This document shows positions 1-9,848 of a stretch of 64,000 nt of DNA, piece after piece. The stretch is from Anaerolineales bacterium (GTDB lineage Bacteria; Chloroflexota; Anaerolineae; Anaerolineales; E44-bin32): positions 17,896 through 81,895 of the forward strand of contig DAOUEQ010000052.1 of assembly GCA_034430395.1 (NCBI GenBank), in the 5' to 3' direction. Both the position numbers and the translations under genes were made by a program. How positions within the stretch are numbered: position 1 is the stretch's first letter; each line of letters begins with the position of its first letter. The notes under the pieces are model-generated. The model was not told the origin of the DNA. It saw only the letters and a program-made list of their open reading frames with translations, and searched no databases.

Positions 1-1
1 T

Positions 2-1165
2 GCAGCTGGAGTCGCCTTCTCGCACAATCAATTCCGGTGGAGTCCACGTATTGATCGCGAAGCCGGGTTCATACGTCTCGTTTGGGGTTTGGGGACTCGT
101 GCTGTTGAGCAACTTGAAGGCTACCCTCGACTCGTCGCACTCAGCCACCCTGATATGCGACCGGAGTCGTCACCAAGGGAAGTCCACAGACACTCGCAGT
201 CCTATGTCGATCTTATTGACCTCCATGAGAACAGTCTAAAAACATTGCCCGTGCAGGAAGCCCTCAGTTCAAGCACTCCCTACCTAAGGTGGATAGCGCA
301 AATCTATGAGCAGGATTACTTTAGAGATCTGATCGGAACGCCACAAGGGAAAGAAAAGGAAAAACTAGTCATCACCTTCAATGGTTTCTTGCGACGGACA
401 AGCTTTGCGGACATCATGCACCGCATGCTCAAATCACTAGAGGCTGCATATGGAAGCCCGGTCGACACTGAGTTTGCCATCATCCTCGAGGACTCCGGGG
501 ACCAACAACCCCTCCCGCGCATTTACATACTCCAGTGCCGGCCTCAGAGCCACTACAAAGATAGGCAGGTTGAGCTGCCACACGACATCCCCCAAGAAAA
601 CCGCCTTTTCATGTCAACTCACATGGTACCGGATGGATTTGTCCAAAAAATCCGATACGTGGTGTACGTTGCTCCGCAATCTTACTACACGCTTGAAAAG
701 CACTCGGACAGGTTGGAGATCGCTCGCCTTATTGGGCGGATCAACAAGCATCTTCATGATGCGCGTTTTGTATTAATTGGTCCTGGCCGATGGGGGAGCA
801 ATAATCCCTTGCTTGGAATCCCCGTGTCTTATGGGGATATCTACAACTCTCGTGCTCTCGTCGAGTTAGCACTCGGAGAACAATCTCCGGAGCCTTCCTA
901 TGGAACCCATTTTTTCCAGGATTTAATTGAGACCAATATCTACCCCCTGGCGATATCTCTAACCGATCCCCAAGCCGAATTTAATCAGCACTTTTTTAAT
1001 GAGAGCAAGAACAGCCTTGCTGAAATCCTCCCGGAGGATGCTTCATGGTCTGAACACGTTCGAGTCTTAGATATTCCAGCTATCACTGAGGGTGAATATC
1101 TTGAATTGGTCATGAATGGGGATACAGGAGAGGCGATTGCCTATTTAAAAAAATACAGCGATTAA
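2..1165 (+). CDS. PEP/pyruvate-binding (PPDK_N / PEP-synthase-like) domain protein, 5' end cut by window edge
   Basis: Frame is open from nt 2; the track starts it at a TTG at 89. Motifs GLGTRAV, YILQCRPQ, LIGPGRWGS and THFFQDL resemble the nucleotide-binding domain of pyruvate,water/phosphate dikinases. Confidence 0.6.
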   Translation, partial: AAGVAFSHNQFRWSPRIDREAGFIRLVWGLGTRAVEQLEGYPRLVALSHPDMRPESSPREVHRHSQSYVDLIDLHENSLKTLPVQEALSSSTPYLRWIAQIYEQDYFRDLIGTPQGKEKEKLVITFNGFLRRTSFADIMHRMLKSLEAAYGSPVDTEFAIILEDSGDQQPLPRIYILQCRPQSHYKDRQVELPHDIPQENRLFMSTHMVPDGFVQKIRYVVYVAPQSYYTLEKHSDRLEIARLIGRINKHLHDARFVLIGPGRWGSNNPLLGIPVSYGDIYNSRALVELALGEQSPEPSYGTHFFQDLIETNIYPLAISLTDPQAEFNQHFFNESKNSLAEILPEDASWSEHVRVLDIPAITEGEYLELVMNGDTGEAIAYLKKYSD

Positions 1166-1194
1166 ATCTTGACCTCGCGCCTGCCCTTCAAAAC

Positions 1195-1875
1195 CTACTG
1201 CCGCCGAGATTTTCCTTCAGGCGACCATGCGTATTCGCCGATGAGGGGGACGAAAGCTACCGGAGCCAACTTCTCGCAGACCAGCTTCGGCCCCTCGCGC
1301 CTCCATAACTCAAGCACTTGCCCCACTCTACTGCCTACTGGGACGACTAATCTTCCGCCATCGCTTAGTTGATCCTCGAGCGGCTTTGGCACCTCGGGCG
1401 CCGACGCCGTTACGATGATGGCTTGATACGGAGCATGCTCCGCTAATCCGCAAGACCCGTCGCCATCAATAACTTCGATATTCTCCAGTTGCAGCAAATG
1501 CAGTAAAGCCCGCGCACGCGCGGCCAATTCCGGAATCCTCTCAATGCTGTACACTTTCTTGGCTAGATGCGCCAGTATGGCTGCCTGGTATCCCGATCCT
1601 GTACCGATTTCGAGTACGGTCTCCTCTCCTTTCAGGCAAAGGAGTTCGGTCATCAGCGCAACGATGTATGGCTGTGAAATTGTTTGATTGTTTCCAATGG
1701 GGAGCGGCGCATCGATATATGCCAGGTGCGCTTGATCTGGAGGTACAAATTCATGACGCGGAATAGCAAGCATCGCCTCAAGCACACGTTCATCACGGAT
1801 CCCTCGACTGACCATTTGCTGATCAACCATGCGCTTCCGCTTGCTTGAAAATGCTTCCATCTCAGACTTGCTCAC
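1195..1875 (-). CDS. pcm: protein-L-isoaspartate O-methyltransferase
   Basis: IPRHEFVP, QTISQPYIVALMTELL and the SAM motif VLEIGTGSGYQAAILA; length about 226 aa. Confidence 0.9.
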   Translation of the reverse strand: MSKSEMEAFSSKRKRMVDQQMVSRGIRDERVLEAMLAIPRHEFVPPDQAHLAYIDAPLPIGNNQTISQPYIVALMTELLCLKGEETVLEIGTGSGYQAAILAHLAKKVYSIERIPELAARARALLHLLQLENIEVIDGDGSCGLAEHAPYQAIIVTASAPEVPKPLEDQLSDGGRLVVPVGSRVGQVLELWRREGPKLVCEKLAPVAFVPLIGEYAWSPEGKSRRQ

Positions 1876-1973
1876 TCTATCCGATTATACGCCGGTGCTG
1901 ATGCCCGTGAAAACACAGTTTGCCCGGTAAAATACCCGGGCAAACATCGAATATACTTCTTATAGGAACATTA

Positions 1974-2636
1974 TCAGCCCTCAGAGGCAAAGCGCTGCTC
2001 ATCCCATACATCCGCGATATTATGGTACCCGGCTTGCTCCCAGAATCCTAATCGATCCTCTGGCATAAACTCCAGGCCGGTCAACCACTTCCCGCCTTTC
2101 CAAAGGTAGATATCTTTCAGATCTTCCCTTCCGGGGATTGCTCCAACGACTCCCCGGAGCGGATAACCATGATCGGGGGTGAGTGGTTGCCCGTTAAAGT
2201 GTGTTGCCAACAAGAAATTTTCCGACATAGCTACAGATATGGGCATGTTTGTCGAATAGCCATACTCACAATGCTGCAACAAGAATTTCGCCGCTGGCTT
2301 GACTTTGATGATCTCTTGCTTCACGAGCGTCTGTAATGAAACACCTTCCCATTCCGTGTCGAATTTGCTCCACCGGGTTACACAGTGGATATCCATATTG
2401 ACCTTGGCGCGCGGCAATTTTAAAAACTCCTCCCAGGTCCAGGTCACTTCTTGTTCCACCTCACCCCAAATGCGTAAGGACCAGGTGGAGGGGTCAAACT
2501 CGGGGACCGGTCCATAATGTAAAACCGGGAATTTAACCGTCAAAGATTGTCCAGGAGGGAGCCTCCCCTCTTGTGAAATTCTCCCCTCTAACCCTCGTCT
2601 CGCTCTTTGACCATCAGACATTACTTCGCCCTCCAA
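1974..2636 (-). CDS. sulfite-oxidase-like molybdopterin-binding oxidoreductase (small, single domain)
   Basis: HCVTRWSK motif, GYPLR, and overall similarity to the Oxidored_molyb domain; 220 aa. Confidence 0.7.
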   Translation of the reverse strand: MEGEVMSDGQRARRGLEGRISQEGRLPPGQSLTVKFPVLHYGPVPEFDPSTWSLRIWGEVEQEVTWTWEEFLKLPRAKVNMDIHCVTRWSKFDTEWEGVSLQTLVKQEIIKVKPAAKFLLQHCEYGYSTNMPISVAMSENFLLATHFNGQPLTPDHGYPLRGVVGAIPGREDLKDIYLWKGGKWLTGLEFMPEDRLGFWEQAGYHNIADVWDEQRFASEG

Positions 2637-2933
2637 ATTTAATCCATTATATCAACTTCAACATTTGCACAGGAAGCTCTGAAGCAGGATAAATCGTTAT
2701 GAAATCACGCGTGCCCTATCGAACAGGAGATTCTGCCCGAAAAAGAAACGTTTCTTCGCTTCATGGCCATCCTTTGAATGTTCACGCTTCTCTCTCGCTC
2801 TTGCGGCCGGTTCACCACAATGCCACTTCCACGTCTGCACCAAGGGACTACACATAGCCAGCAGGAGTGCATAGAAATGCACACCTGCTTTTTTTCTACA
2901 CCGAGAATCGTTATGAAACTGGTTGGAATTCGC

Positions 2934-3842
2934 TTAGCGCACCTGCACGCTGCCAATGCCCAGATCAATCTCCATCTCGATCTGTTTTCCAGCCGCGGCA
3001 TAGCCAGGTGAGAGATAGAAATCCCCATCGCGCGTATAGTCGCTTGGAACCTGCACATTCCCAATACCTACGTTGGCACGCAAGCGAACACCCACACCTT
3101 TGGGAATCACAACCCGGATCTCACCTATACCCCCATCGAGATAAACCTCTATATTGTCCGCGGATGGCAGCAACAGGATCGTTTGCCCGATTCCATGCTC
3201 TACTTGAATTTCACCGATCTGGAGATCCCGGAGATCAAGCTCTGCCTTCCCCACACCGAAGTCAACGATCAAATCGGTTACCACCCCAGGATGCAGCGCG
3301 AGATCCCACGATGGTTGGTCGCTCCACCCACTGAAAAATGGCATCATGATGAAATCCTTACTTCGCAGATCGATCGTCGCTCGCATACTGGTGATGTCTA
3401 CCGTTTCACTAATCTCCTCACCGCTGAACGGTCGAACCTCGCCTTGTGCCAGCACTTTCGATTCCTTTGGTAAGGCGTCAACGTACAGGTAACCAAGCGC
3501 GGGATCGAGGGTAACGGTTGCATTCTTCACATTTCCCAGAGGTATCTCGACGCTCTCGGATGCGTATGTCCATCGAGGTTGGTTATCGAAGAAGACGATG
3601 CCGCCCGCCAAGATGGCGAGAACTACTACTAATGCAATTGCCGCTCCCCAGGCTGAGCGGTGACCGATAAGTATATCGAGCCCGACTGCGATGAGCAGTA
3701 TGGGCCAAAAACGCATGATGACGTCCCAGGCGTTCAGTTCGATCATACCCAAGTTGTTCAATAGAAAAATCACCCCAAGGGTAATCAGGATAACTGGCCC
3801 TGTAATGCTGGGCCTACGATAGCGATTATTCATTTCAATCAC
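2934..3842 (-). CDS. LiaF-like membrane protein (N-terminal LiaI/LiaF-type TM region plus C-terminal toastrack/DUF2154-like beta domain)
   Basis: N-terminal TM hairpins (ITLGVIFLLNNLG, WPILLIAVGLDILIG). C-terminal repeated GxGxI/V strands (GIGEIRVVIP, VGIGNVQVP, LGIGSVQV). Confidence 0.6.
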   Translation of the reverse strand: MIEMNNRYRRPSITGPVILITLGVIFLLNNLGMIELNAWDVIMRFWPILLIAVGLDILIGHRSAWGAAIALVVVLAILAGGIVFFDNQPRWTYASESVEIPLGNVKNATVTLDPALGYLYVDALPKESKVLAQGEVRPFSGEEISETVDITSMRATIDLRSKDFIMMPFFSGWSDQPSWDLALHPGVVTDLIVDFGVGKAELDLRDLQIGEIQVEHGIGQTILLLPSADNIEVYLDGGIGEIRVVIPKGVGVRLRANVGIGNVQVPSDYTRDGDFYLSPGYAAAGKQIEMEIDLGIGSVQVR

Positions 3843-3962
3843 TCCTCACTCGTCATATGGGCAGAAACTCGGTATCGCCTATGCCGCCAATTTACGTGAT
3901 CAGAGAATGCGTGCAATCAACTTTACTTACCCAAATCATCCATATGCAGCCCTCGGCTCGCT

Positions 3963-4475
3963 TCAGCGCGGACGGAACAAAGGACCCAAGAGGATCATCA
4001 AGCCGGCGCCAATCAAGATGGCCGGCCACAACAATCCGGAAAACTGACCTCCGCCCAACAAAGAACCGAAAATTGCGAACAAGATCATGCTTACCAGGAT
4101 GGCTCGACTGCCGTCGTGCAGCGCCTTACGAGTCTGACCGGCGAGCAAGCCGGAGATAATCACGCCCAAACCCACGAAACCCGGAATGAGCGTCCAGATG
4201 TACGCCCAACTCTCCCAGTTGCCCGTTATATTCTGCCAATAAAGAATCCCGCCGATCCCACCTACGTTCAAGGCTGGAATCGCCAGATCCGGCGTGCTGG
4301 TCAGCAACCCCATCAACAAGAGAAAAACGCCCGCTCCAATCACAAGCAGGGGCCAATGCTCCTTCAGATTTATGAACGCGAGGCTGTCAGGAAATATCTG
4401 AGCTACCAGGAGTCCGGTACCGACAAGAATGATGAACAACCCGACCACTATGTTTGATCGCTGTCCGTGCTCCAT
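3963..4475 (-). CDS. polytopic small membrane protein (LiaI/DUF5668-like)
   Basis: 170 aa, about 5 hydrophobic helices, no soluble domain; sits next to the LiaF-like gene. Confidence 0.45.
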   Translation of the reverse strand: MEHGQRSNIVVGLFIILVGTGLLVAQIFPDSLAFINLKEHWPLLVIGAGVFLLLMGLLTSTPDLAIPALNVGGIGGILYWQNITGNWESWAYIWTLIPGFVGLGVIISGLLAGQTRKALHDGSRAILVSMILFAIFGSLLGGGQFSGLLWPAILIGAGLMILLGPLFRPR

Positions 4476-4698
4476 TACACCCTCCCACTTACATTTACGC
4501 AGATGATACGAATAAGTCGCGCGGGCTTTTCAACCTATATCCTACCTCATCTTCCGTTAATTAATGCCTGGTCGAGGATCTTAGACCCGTGTTTGATCCG
4601 TGATTTACGGTCAATCCGTTTCCGGGGTCTGTCGGACTGGGGGATCCGTGAATTTATAGAGTATTCAACGATCTTCCCGTTTGTGTTTCAGCCTAGGA

Positions 4699-5592
4699 TT
4701 ACACCGGGTTTTTAAAATCGTGGATTCCGTTCTGCACAGGCCAAATACGTCTACATCCCTTGCAGCTCAAGCCCGCTGCTGTCTTGTGCAGTTCAAGCGA
4801 CCCACATTCGGGACAGCGCCAGATCGAGCCAGCACGCACGTTTCCGGTCTCACCATCAATCGAGGAAAATTGAAAAACACTGGGGGTCAGTTGAATCCAA
4901 TCCCCCGTACGCTGCATCATTGAGTCAAGCGCCACCAACACGTTAAGAGGCACCCAGCGCTTAAGGAGATTTATGCGAAAGTGAGAAACCGTTAGCTTCC
5001 GCCCGGGCGAAAACCCCGCCTGTGTCAACCATTGGTAAACGACACGGGGATGGAAGTTGAAATTCAATTCTGTGAACTCGACCGCTCCAGGAGCGAATGG
5101 ATTCCAGTCTTGCCGACGCAAGACCCAGCGTGCAATGGCCTTGAGGTTGCGTTTGTTGGCGTATTCGAGGATGAAGGTAGACCCTGGTACAAGTGTAGGT
5201 CTAATCTGGCTCAGCGCGTTTTGTGGTTCCACCAGGTGATGAAGTGTTCGGATCATCGTGGCAGCATCGAATACTTCTGGCGCAAAGGGTAGACGATAGA
5301 CGTCACCGACGACATAAACATAGCGCTCGCTCTCACCTAGTCGCTGCTGTGCCAATTCAATCTGCGTTCGCGAATAATCAAGCAGCACAATCTGTTGAAA
5401 ACCCTGATATCGAGATGTATTTCTCCCGGCCCCTGCGCCCACTTCCAGCAATCGTGCTCCTTTCCCGGGAAGTAGTCGCTTGAGGGCAATCGCCTCCACT
5501 TGATCCTCATACTCCCGACTCCCATGCTCCCAGAATTTCTCCTGGTAATCTGAGCCTTCATAATCACAAATCGGAGGTCGGCTTTCGCTCAT
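4699..5592 (-). CDS. class I SAM-dependent methyltransferase with C-terminal Trm112-like zinc ribbon
   Basis: SAM motif LLEVGAGAGRNT. C-terminal CPECG...CKGCRRIWPVQNGIHDF has two CxxC pairs. Confidence 0.8.
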   Translation of the reverse strand: MSESRPPICDYEGSDYQEKFWEHGSREYEDQVEAIALKRLLPGKGARLLEVGAGAGRNTSRYQGFQQIVLLDYSRTQIELAQQRLGESERYVYVVGDVYRLPFAPEVFDAATMIRTLHHLVEPQNALSQIRPTLVPGSTFILEYANKRNLKAIARWVLRRQDWNPFAPGAVEFTELNFNFHPRVVYQWLTQAGFSPGRKLTVSHFRINLLKRWVPLNVLVALDSMMQRTGDWIQLTPSVFQFSSIDGETGNVRAGSIWRCPECGSLELHKTAAGLSCKGCRRIWPVQNGIHDFKNPV

Positions 5593-5687
5593 ATCTCACC
5601 ATAGAAACGCCGGTCACCTGTGTGCCCGGCGTAAGATCATCTTAATTGTACTCTCTCAAACTCGTAGTGTCAGCCGCCCTTTCAAGT

Positions 5688-6443
5688 TCAAGAATCAAAA
5701 AAGCGCGTTTCATCCAGCTTGCGTCGTTCCTGCGCCTCACCGCCTTCAGGCTCTTGCTCCAGCAATCCCATCTCTGCATCGGCGCGGAACCGCGTCTCTG
5801 CCTCTTCCAGCGCAGCATGACTCGCCCGGGGGACGATCGCCCATTTGCCGCAATGCGGACACCGCTCCAGTTTCCCAACCAATAGATTTGGGGAGAGAAA
5901 ATGTCTGGGATAAGGAAAACCGCAGCGCTTACAGACCGCACCCCCGGCAAGGCCGTAATTTCCAAGCTTGAAACTACCAGAGCGGCGGCCCATGAGCGCC
6001 GGAAGGAGTGCTCCAAGCCCCACGAGAACAACGACCCCAACGATTAGTGGGACAGCGATGTCGGCTGCCTGTTGCCAGCTCTCCTCCGCGCTGACAAACT
6101 CCAATATTATCTCTTCCGCAAATACCTCTGCGCCGCTGGCAGTTGTGCCCACGGCTGAAAATGTGTGCGCACCCAGTGCATAATCGCTGGTGCTGAAGGT
6201 AAATCTGAAAGGAGATTCTGAGACTTCCGCAAAGAAATCTCCATCGAGCAGGTATAAAACCCGCTCCAGATCCTGCGGTCCATCGGTAGAGATCGTGAAC
6301 CGTCCCTGAATTTGTCCACCAGCACTGTATCCAAAATCGCGCCGTAAACGCACCCTCAACAGATCGTCACCATCCTGGGCAAATGCGGGAATCGTAAACA
6401 CAGAAGCCAATAAGACGAATATGAGTAGTTTCGCCTTCCCCAT
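5688..6443 (-). CDS. single-pass membrane protein: signal peptide, extracytoplasmic beta-rich domain, TM, cytoplasmic zinc ribbon
   Basis: Signal peptide MGKAKLLIFVLLASVFTIPAFA, TM VPLIVGVVVLVGLGALLPAL, then CKRC...CPHC. Starts 9 nt downstream of the ABC-2 permease stop. Confidence 0.5.
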   Translation of the reverse strand: MGKAKLLIFVLLASVFTIPAFAQDGDDLLRVRLRRDFGYSAGGQIQGRFTISTDGPQDLERVLYLLDGDFFAEVSESPFRFTFSTSDYALGAHTFSAVGTTASGAEVFAEEIILEFVSAEESWQQAADIAVPLIVGVVVLVGLGALLPALMGRRSGSFKLGNYGLAGGAVCKRCGFPYPRHFLSPNLLVGKLERCPHCGKWAIVPRASHAALEEAETRFRADAEMGLLEQEPEGGEAQERRKLDETRFFDS

Positions 6444-6452
6444 TCCCTCTCC

Positions 6453-7244
6453 TCATTTCCAACGTGTTAGGATGGCCTCGCGCTGAAAGAGCTGAGTCGC
6501 GAAAGCCAGCAAACCGATATCAAGTACGGTGACCCCAATTGCCATCCAGAGAATCATGGTTTCGTTGATAAAGATCAATCCGGTGATCTGGGCGAAGAAA
6601 AGACCCAGAAGTGGCAGGATAACCAGCATAGAGATCTGCTCGGCTACGCGGGGATCATTTGCTCGAGAGGATACCATGATGGCAATACTCACAGCTGCAA
6701 CAGCCAACAATGGTCCAACTACAACGATCGCAAACAGCCAGAGTGGGGCCGTAACCTGCCGGAATAACGCAGCCCCCTCCGTGAGGATGGCCACACCAAC
6801 CGAGAAAATTGAGAACCCTAGCCAAGTCGCCCCGATCGCGGGCAGCGCTGCAGCTACTGCCTTTCCGGCGAGAAGTTCGAGAGTCGTCACCGGCGTCGCC
6901 AGCACCGGTTCCAGCGTTCTCGTTGTTTTCTCGCCCACAATACTGTAGGAGGCGAAGGTCGCCGGTATAACGAGCGGCATCAACATAAACAACAACATAA
7001 ATTGACTCACGAGGAAGTACTGCCCGCACGTTTCACCATTCAGCCCCTCACACAAGTCCGCAAAGCTGGCGGGCATATCTGCCGCTGAAAACCCAGCCAT
7101 CTCTGCAGAAGAACCCATCGTGTAAAGGATAATCAACGGCAGGGCGGTCATGATGAGCGGCATGAAAGCCACCGTAAAGAGCACAAAGCGATTCTTGAAT
7201 ACTTCCGCCCACTCCTTGCGTGCGATCACCCAAATTTTCCGCAT
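6453..7244 (-). CDS. ABC-2 type transporter permease
   Basis: 263 aa, 6 predicted TM helices, N-terminal KEWAEVFKNRF motif typical of ABC-2 exporter permeases. Confidence 0.7.
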   Translation of the reverse strand: MRKIWVIARKEWAEVFKNRFVLFTVAFMPLIMTALPLIILYTMGSSAEMAGFSAADMPASFADLCEGLNGETCGQYFLVSQFMLLFMLMPLVIPATFASYSIVGEKTTRTLEPVLATPVTTLELLAGKAVAAALPAIGATWLGFSIFSVGVAILTEGAALFRQVTAPLWLFAIVVVGPLLAVAAVSIAIMVSSRANDPRVAEQISMLVILPLLGLFFAQITGLIFINETMILWMAIGVTVLDIGLLAFATQLFQREAILTRWK

Positions 7245-7554
7245 AATTTACCTCTCAAACGAAGACTGGCTGCGACCTGAGCGGCCGGGGTAGGCTCCAT
7301 CAGTCCGTGATTTTGGGCCCTACTCCGCATCGCCTCACAGTAAAAGTGTTACCTATGTTGTGTGAATTTTCTGTTGCCTAAGTCCCGGTTTGGTCCACGA
7401 TGTCAATGACCCGATCATGGCTGAGTTCAAGCTGCGGGGGTTTAGGACTATTGCCTTCAAATCACATACAATCGATGGGCAAAAAAGCACGGCACAATCT
7501 CTCTATACCTTGAGTCTTTGACGGAACTCTGATTGTTGATATGAGACACAGGCC

Positions 7555-8772
7555 TCATGCAGTTTTCAAACCTTGGATAATTTCTCCTAAACTCGGTCTT
7601 TTCCCGTACATTAGCATAAACATCCTGAAGATCTTTATTGAGAGGAACATTCCAACGATTACTGAAAGCCCTAACAGGACAATACTTGTCGCGATCTGCC
7701 ACGCCGGGATGTCCGACACTCCCAACCTCAGCATAGTCTGAACAGGGGCGGTGACGGGGAATATTGACAACACCATCCAGACGGGACTGTTCGGGAAGTT
7801 GATCAACCCTGCGGAAAACCAGAGTGGTACAAACTGCGCAAGGATGTAGAACATGGATAGGTTGTGTGCTTCCGTGGTACTAGAGCTGATGCCGCCGAGA
7901 CTGACGGAGAGTATGGCGAATAGCAGATAGCCCAATATAAAATAAACAACTCCTAGAACAAGGAAGTTGGCGGGTATCTGAATGTCACTCAGAAATCCGC
8001 CGAAGGAGGACGAGGCCAAGCTCAATAGTAGCGGTGCTGAGATTAACCATACGAGTACTTGCAGCAGCCCGGCAGTACCCAGGGCCAATACTTTGGCGAT
8101 GAGTAATTGGCGAACAGAAACCGAGGAAAACAATACCTCGATGAGGCGGCTTTCCTTTTCCTCTCCTAATCCGCTGATTAGAGAAGTAGCGCCGAACATG
8201 AAAGCCATACTCAGCAATAAGGAGAAAATGGCGGGGATAATGATATTGCCAATATTCCCTTGTTCTTGCGCAATATCTCCATTTTCGTCAAGGCGGGTGA
8301 CTTCTAGGTTCAGAGGAGAGACAATCGAGGTGATGATCTCCGGTGACACATCATCTTTCAAGAGGTTCCAAGTGAGGAAACTTTCGATGAAGTACGCTGT
8401 GATCGGAGGGGTAACGAGCTCTTTCGCCAACGTATATCGTTGAATGGTCCCCGAGGAGGTGTACTCCGCTGGTATGACGATATATTCCGAAACATTCCTT
8501 CTAACCAGAGCCTGGGTTGCATCCTCCCTCGATACAAATGGAATCAGCTTGATTAATCCCTGGTCAGTTTGATCACTAAAGATTCCTGCTTCGTCCACAT
8601 ATCCGACGATCGTGACCGCATTTACCGAAGGTTCGGTCAAGGTCGTTACCAGTTCATAGACTCCAATTGCCAATAGGGCTAACACCGGTACGATGAGGGT
8701 CATAACGACAAAACCGACCCGCTTGATTGCGTGCAGAAACTCGTGCTTGAATACTAAATAGGTTTTATTCAT
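7555..8772 (-). CDS. ABC-2 family permease (NatB/YhaP-like, large extracytoplasmic loop after TM1)
   Basis: 405 aa. One N-terminal TM, a soluble loop of about 150 aa, then 5 C-terminal TMs. Overlaps the upstream ATPase gene by 8 nt. Confidence 0.75.
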   Translation of the reverse strand: MNKTYLVFKHEFLHAIKRVGFVVMTLIVPVLALLAIGVYELVTTLTEPSVNAVTIVGYVDEAGIFSDQTDQGLIKLIPFVSREDATQALVRRNVSEYIVIPAEYTSSGTIQRYTLAKELVTPPITAYFIESFLTWNLLKDDVSPEIITSIVSPLNLEVTRLDENGDIAQEQGNIGNIIIPAIFSLLLSMAFMFGATSLISGLGEEKESRLIEVLFSSVSVRQLLIAKVLALGTAGLLQVLVWLISAPLLLSLASSSFGGFLSDIQIPANFLVLGVVYFILGYLLFAILSVSLGGISSSTTEAHNLSMFYILAQFVPLWFSAGLINFPNSPVWMVLSIFPVTAPVQTMLRLGVSDIPAWQIATSIVLLGLSVIVGMFLSIKIFRMFMLMYGKRPSLGEIIQGLKTA

Positions 8773-9661
8773 GATCCACCCCCACCAGATTTAGGAATAT
8801 TTCATTGAGGGAGGGGGTTGTGACTTCAAATCGGTTAATGGTAATTTTGCGATCGCGTAATCGATCGAGAATGGTCTGTGGTGTTGTATCTGCTGCTAAG
8901 ACCAATTCTACGGAACCCTTATTGAGCTTTCTATCAATCACCCCAGGAAGGTCACCCAGTTCTCCATCGGCAGCCACCTGGACCGAATTTCTTCTGAATT
9001 TAGCCTTTGTTTCCGTTAAGTCACCGTAAAGGACTGTGTGGCCTTTGTTTATCATCAGCACCCGGTCGCAGAGTTCCTCGACTTTATTCATTTGATGGGT
9101 GCTCAAAATAATGGCTTTCCCTTCATCCCTTAAATTAGCGATTATGTTCTGAATAGTCTCTGTTCTTACGGGATCCAGGCCGGAGAAGGGCTCATCCAGA
9201 ATGATCAACTCAGGATCGTGAATGACGGTGACAATAAACTGGATAAGCTGCCCCATACCCATACTCATTTCCTTGTTTTTCTTCTTTTTGCTTTCGAGCA
9301 TCCCAGTTTGTTCGAGTAAAATATTCGCTTTCTTTTCGGCCGTGGCTTTATCCATACCTTTCAAGGAAGCAAGATAAAGGATTAGATCAATAGCTGTCAA
9401 TCTCTTATACAATCCTCTCTCTTCAGGAAGGTAGCCGATTTGATCCTTAAAGGCTTCATTCATCTGCTGACCGAAAATCTTCACTTCACCCGAATCGGGT
9501 TTCATGAAATCCAAGATTATTTTTATGGTGCTGCTTTTACCTGCACCATTGGGTCCAATAAGCCCTAATATCTCTCCCGGATCAATGGAAAAGGTCAAAT
9601 CATTCACCGCGGTCACGTCGGCGTAGGATTTGTACAAGTGATTTACTTCAACCGCTGTCAT
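8765..9661 (-). CDS. ABC transporter ATP-binding protein (NatA-like)
   Basis: Walker A GPNGAGKSS, signature MSMGMGQ (degenerate LSGGQ), Walker B LIILDEPFSGLD, H-loop STHQM. Confidence 0.9.
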   Translation of the reverse strand: MTAVEVNHLYKSYADVTAVNDLTFSIDPGEILGLIGPNGAGKSSTIKIILDFMKPDSGEVKIFGQQMNEAFKDQIGYLPEERGLYKRLTAIDLILYLASLKGMDKATAEKKANILLEQTGMLESKKKKNKEMSMGMGQLIQFIVTVIHDPELIILDEPFSGLDPVRTETIQNIIANLRDEGKAIILSTHQMNKVEELCDRVLMINKGHTVLYGDLTETKAKFRRNSVQVAADGELGDLPGVIDRKLNKGSVELVLAADTTPQTILDRLRDRKITINRFEVTTPSLNEIFLNLVGVDHE

Positions 9662-9848
9662 AGGATAAGCCTTCCCTTTTTTTTTGGTGTCTATAGCTCA
9701 AAGAAAACAGTCAATTTGAAAGCGGATAACAATATGTTGTATGGGCATTACGCCCCCTCACTCCTCTGTAACCTTCTTATAAAGTGTAGTTATGTAAAGT
9801 GGCCCATAGACGATATCCTCAACCTTAAACGCTGGACAAGGGGATGGC

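Noticed and set aside
2697-3064. ORFs of 61-119 aa in and around the 2637-2933 spacer, plus many antisense shadow ORFs across the window (e.g. 450-776, 11048-11434, 14134-14541, 36653-37072, 52184-52695).
   Set aside because: They overlap stronger, motif-bearing genes on the opposite strand or in another frame. Their Arg/Ser/Pro-rich composition is typical of GC-rich shadow frames.
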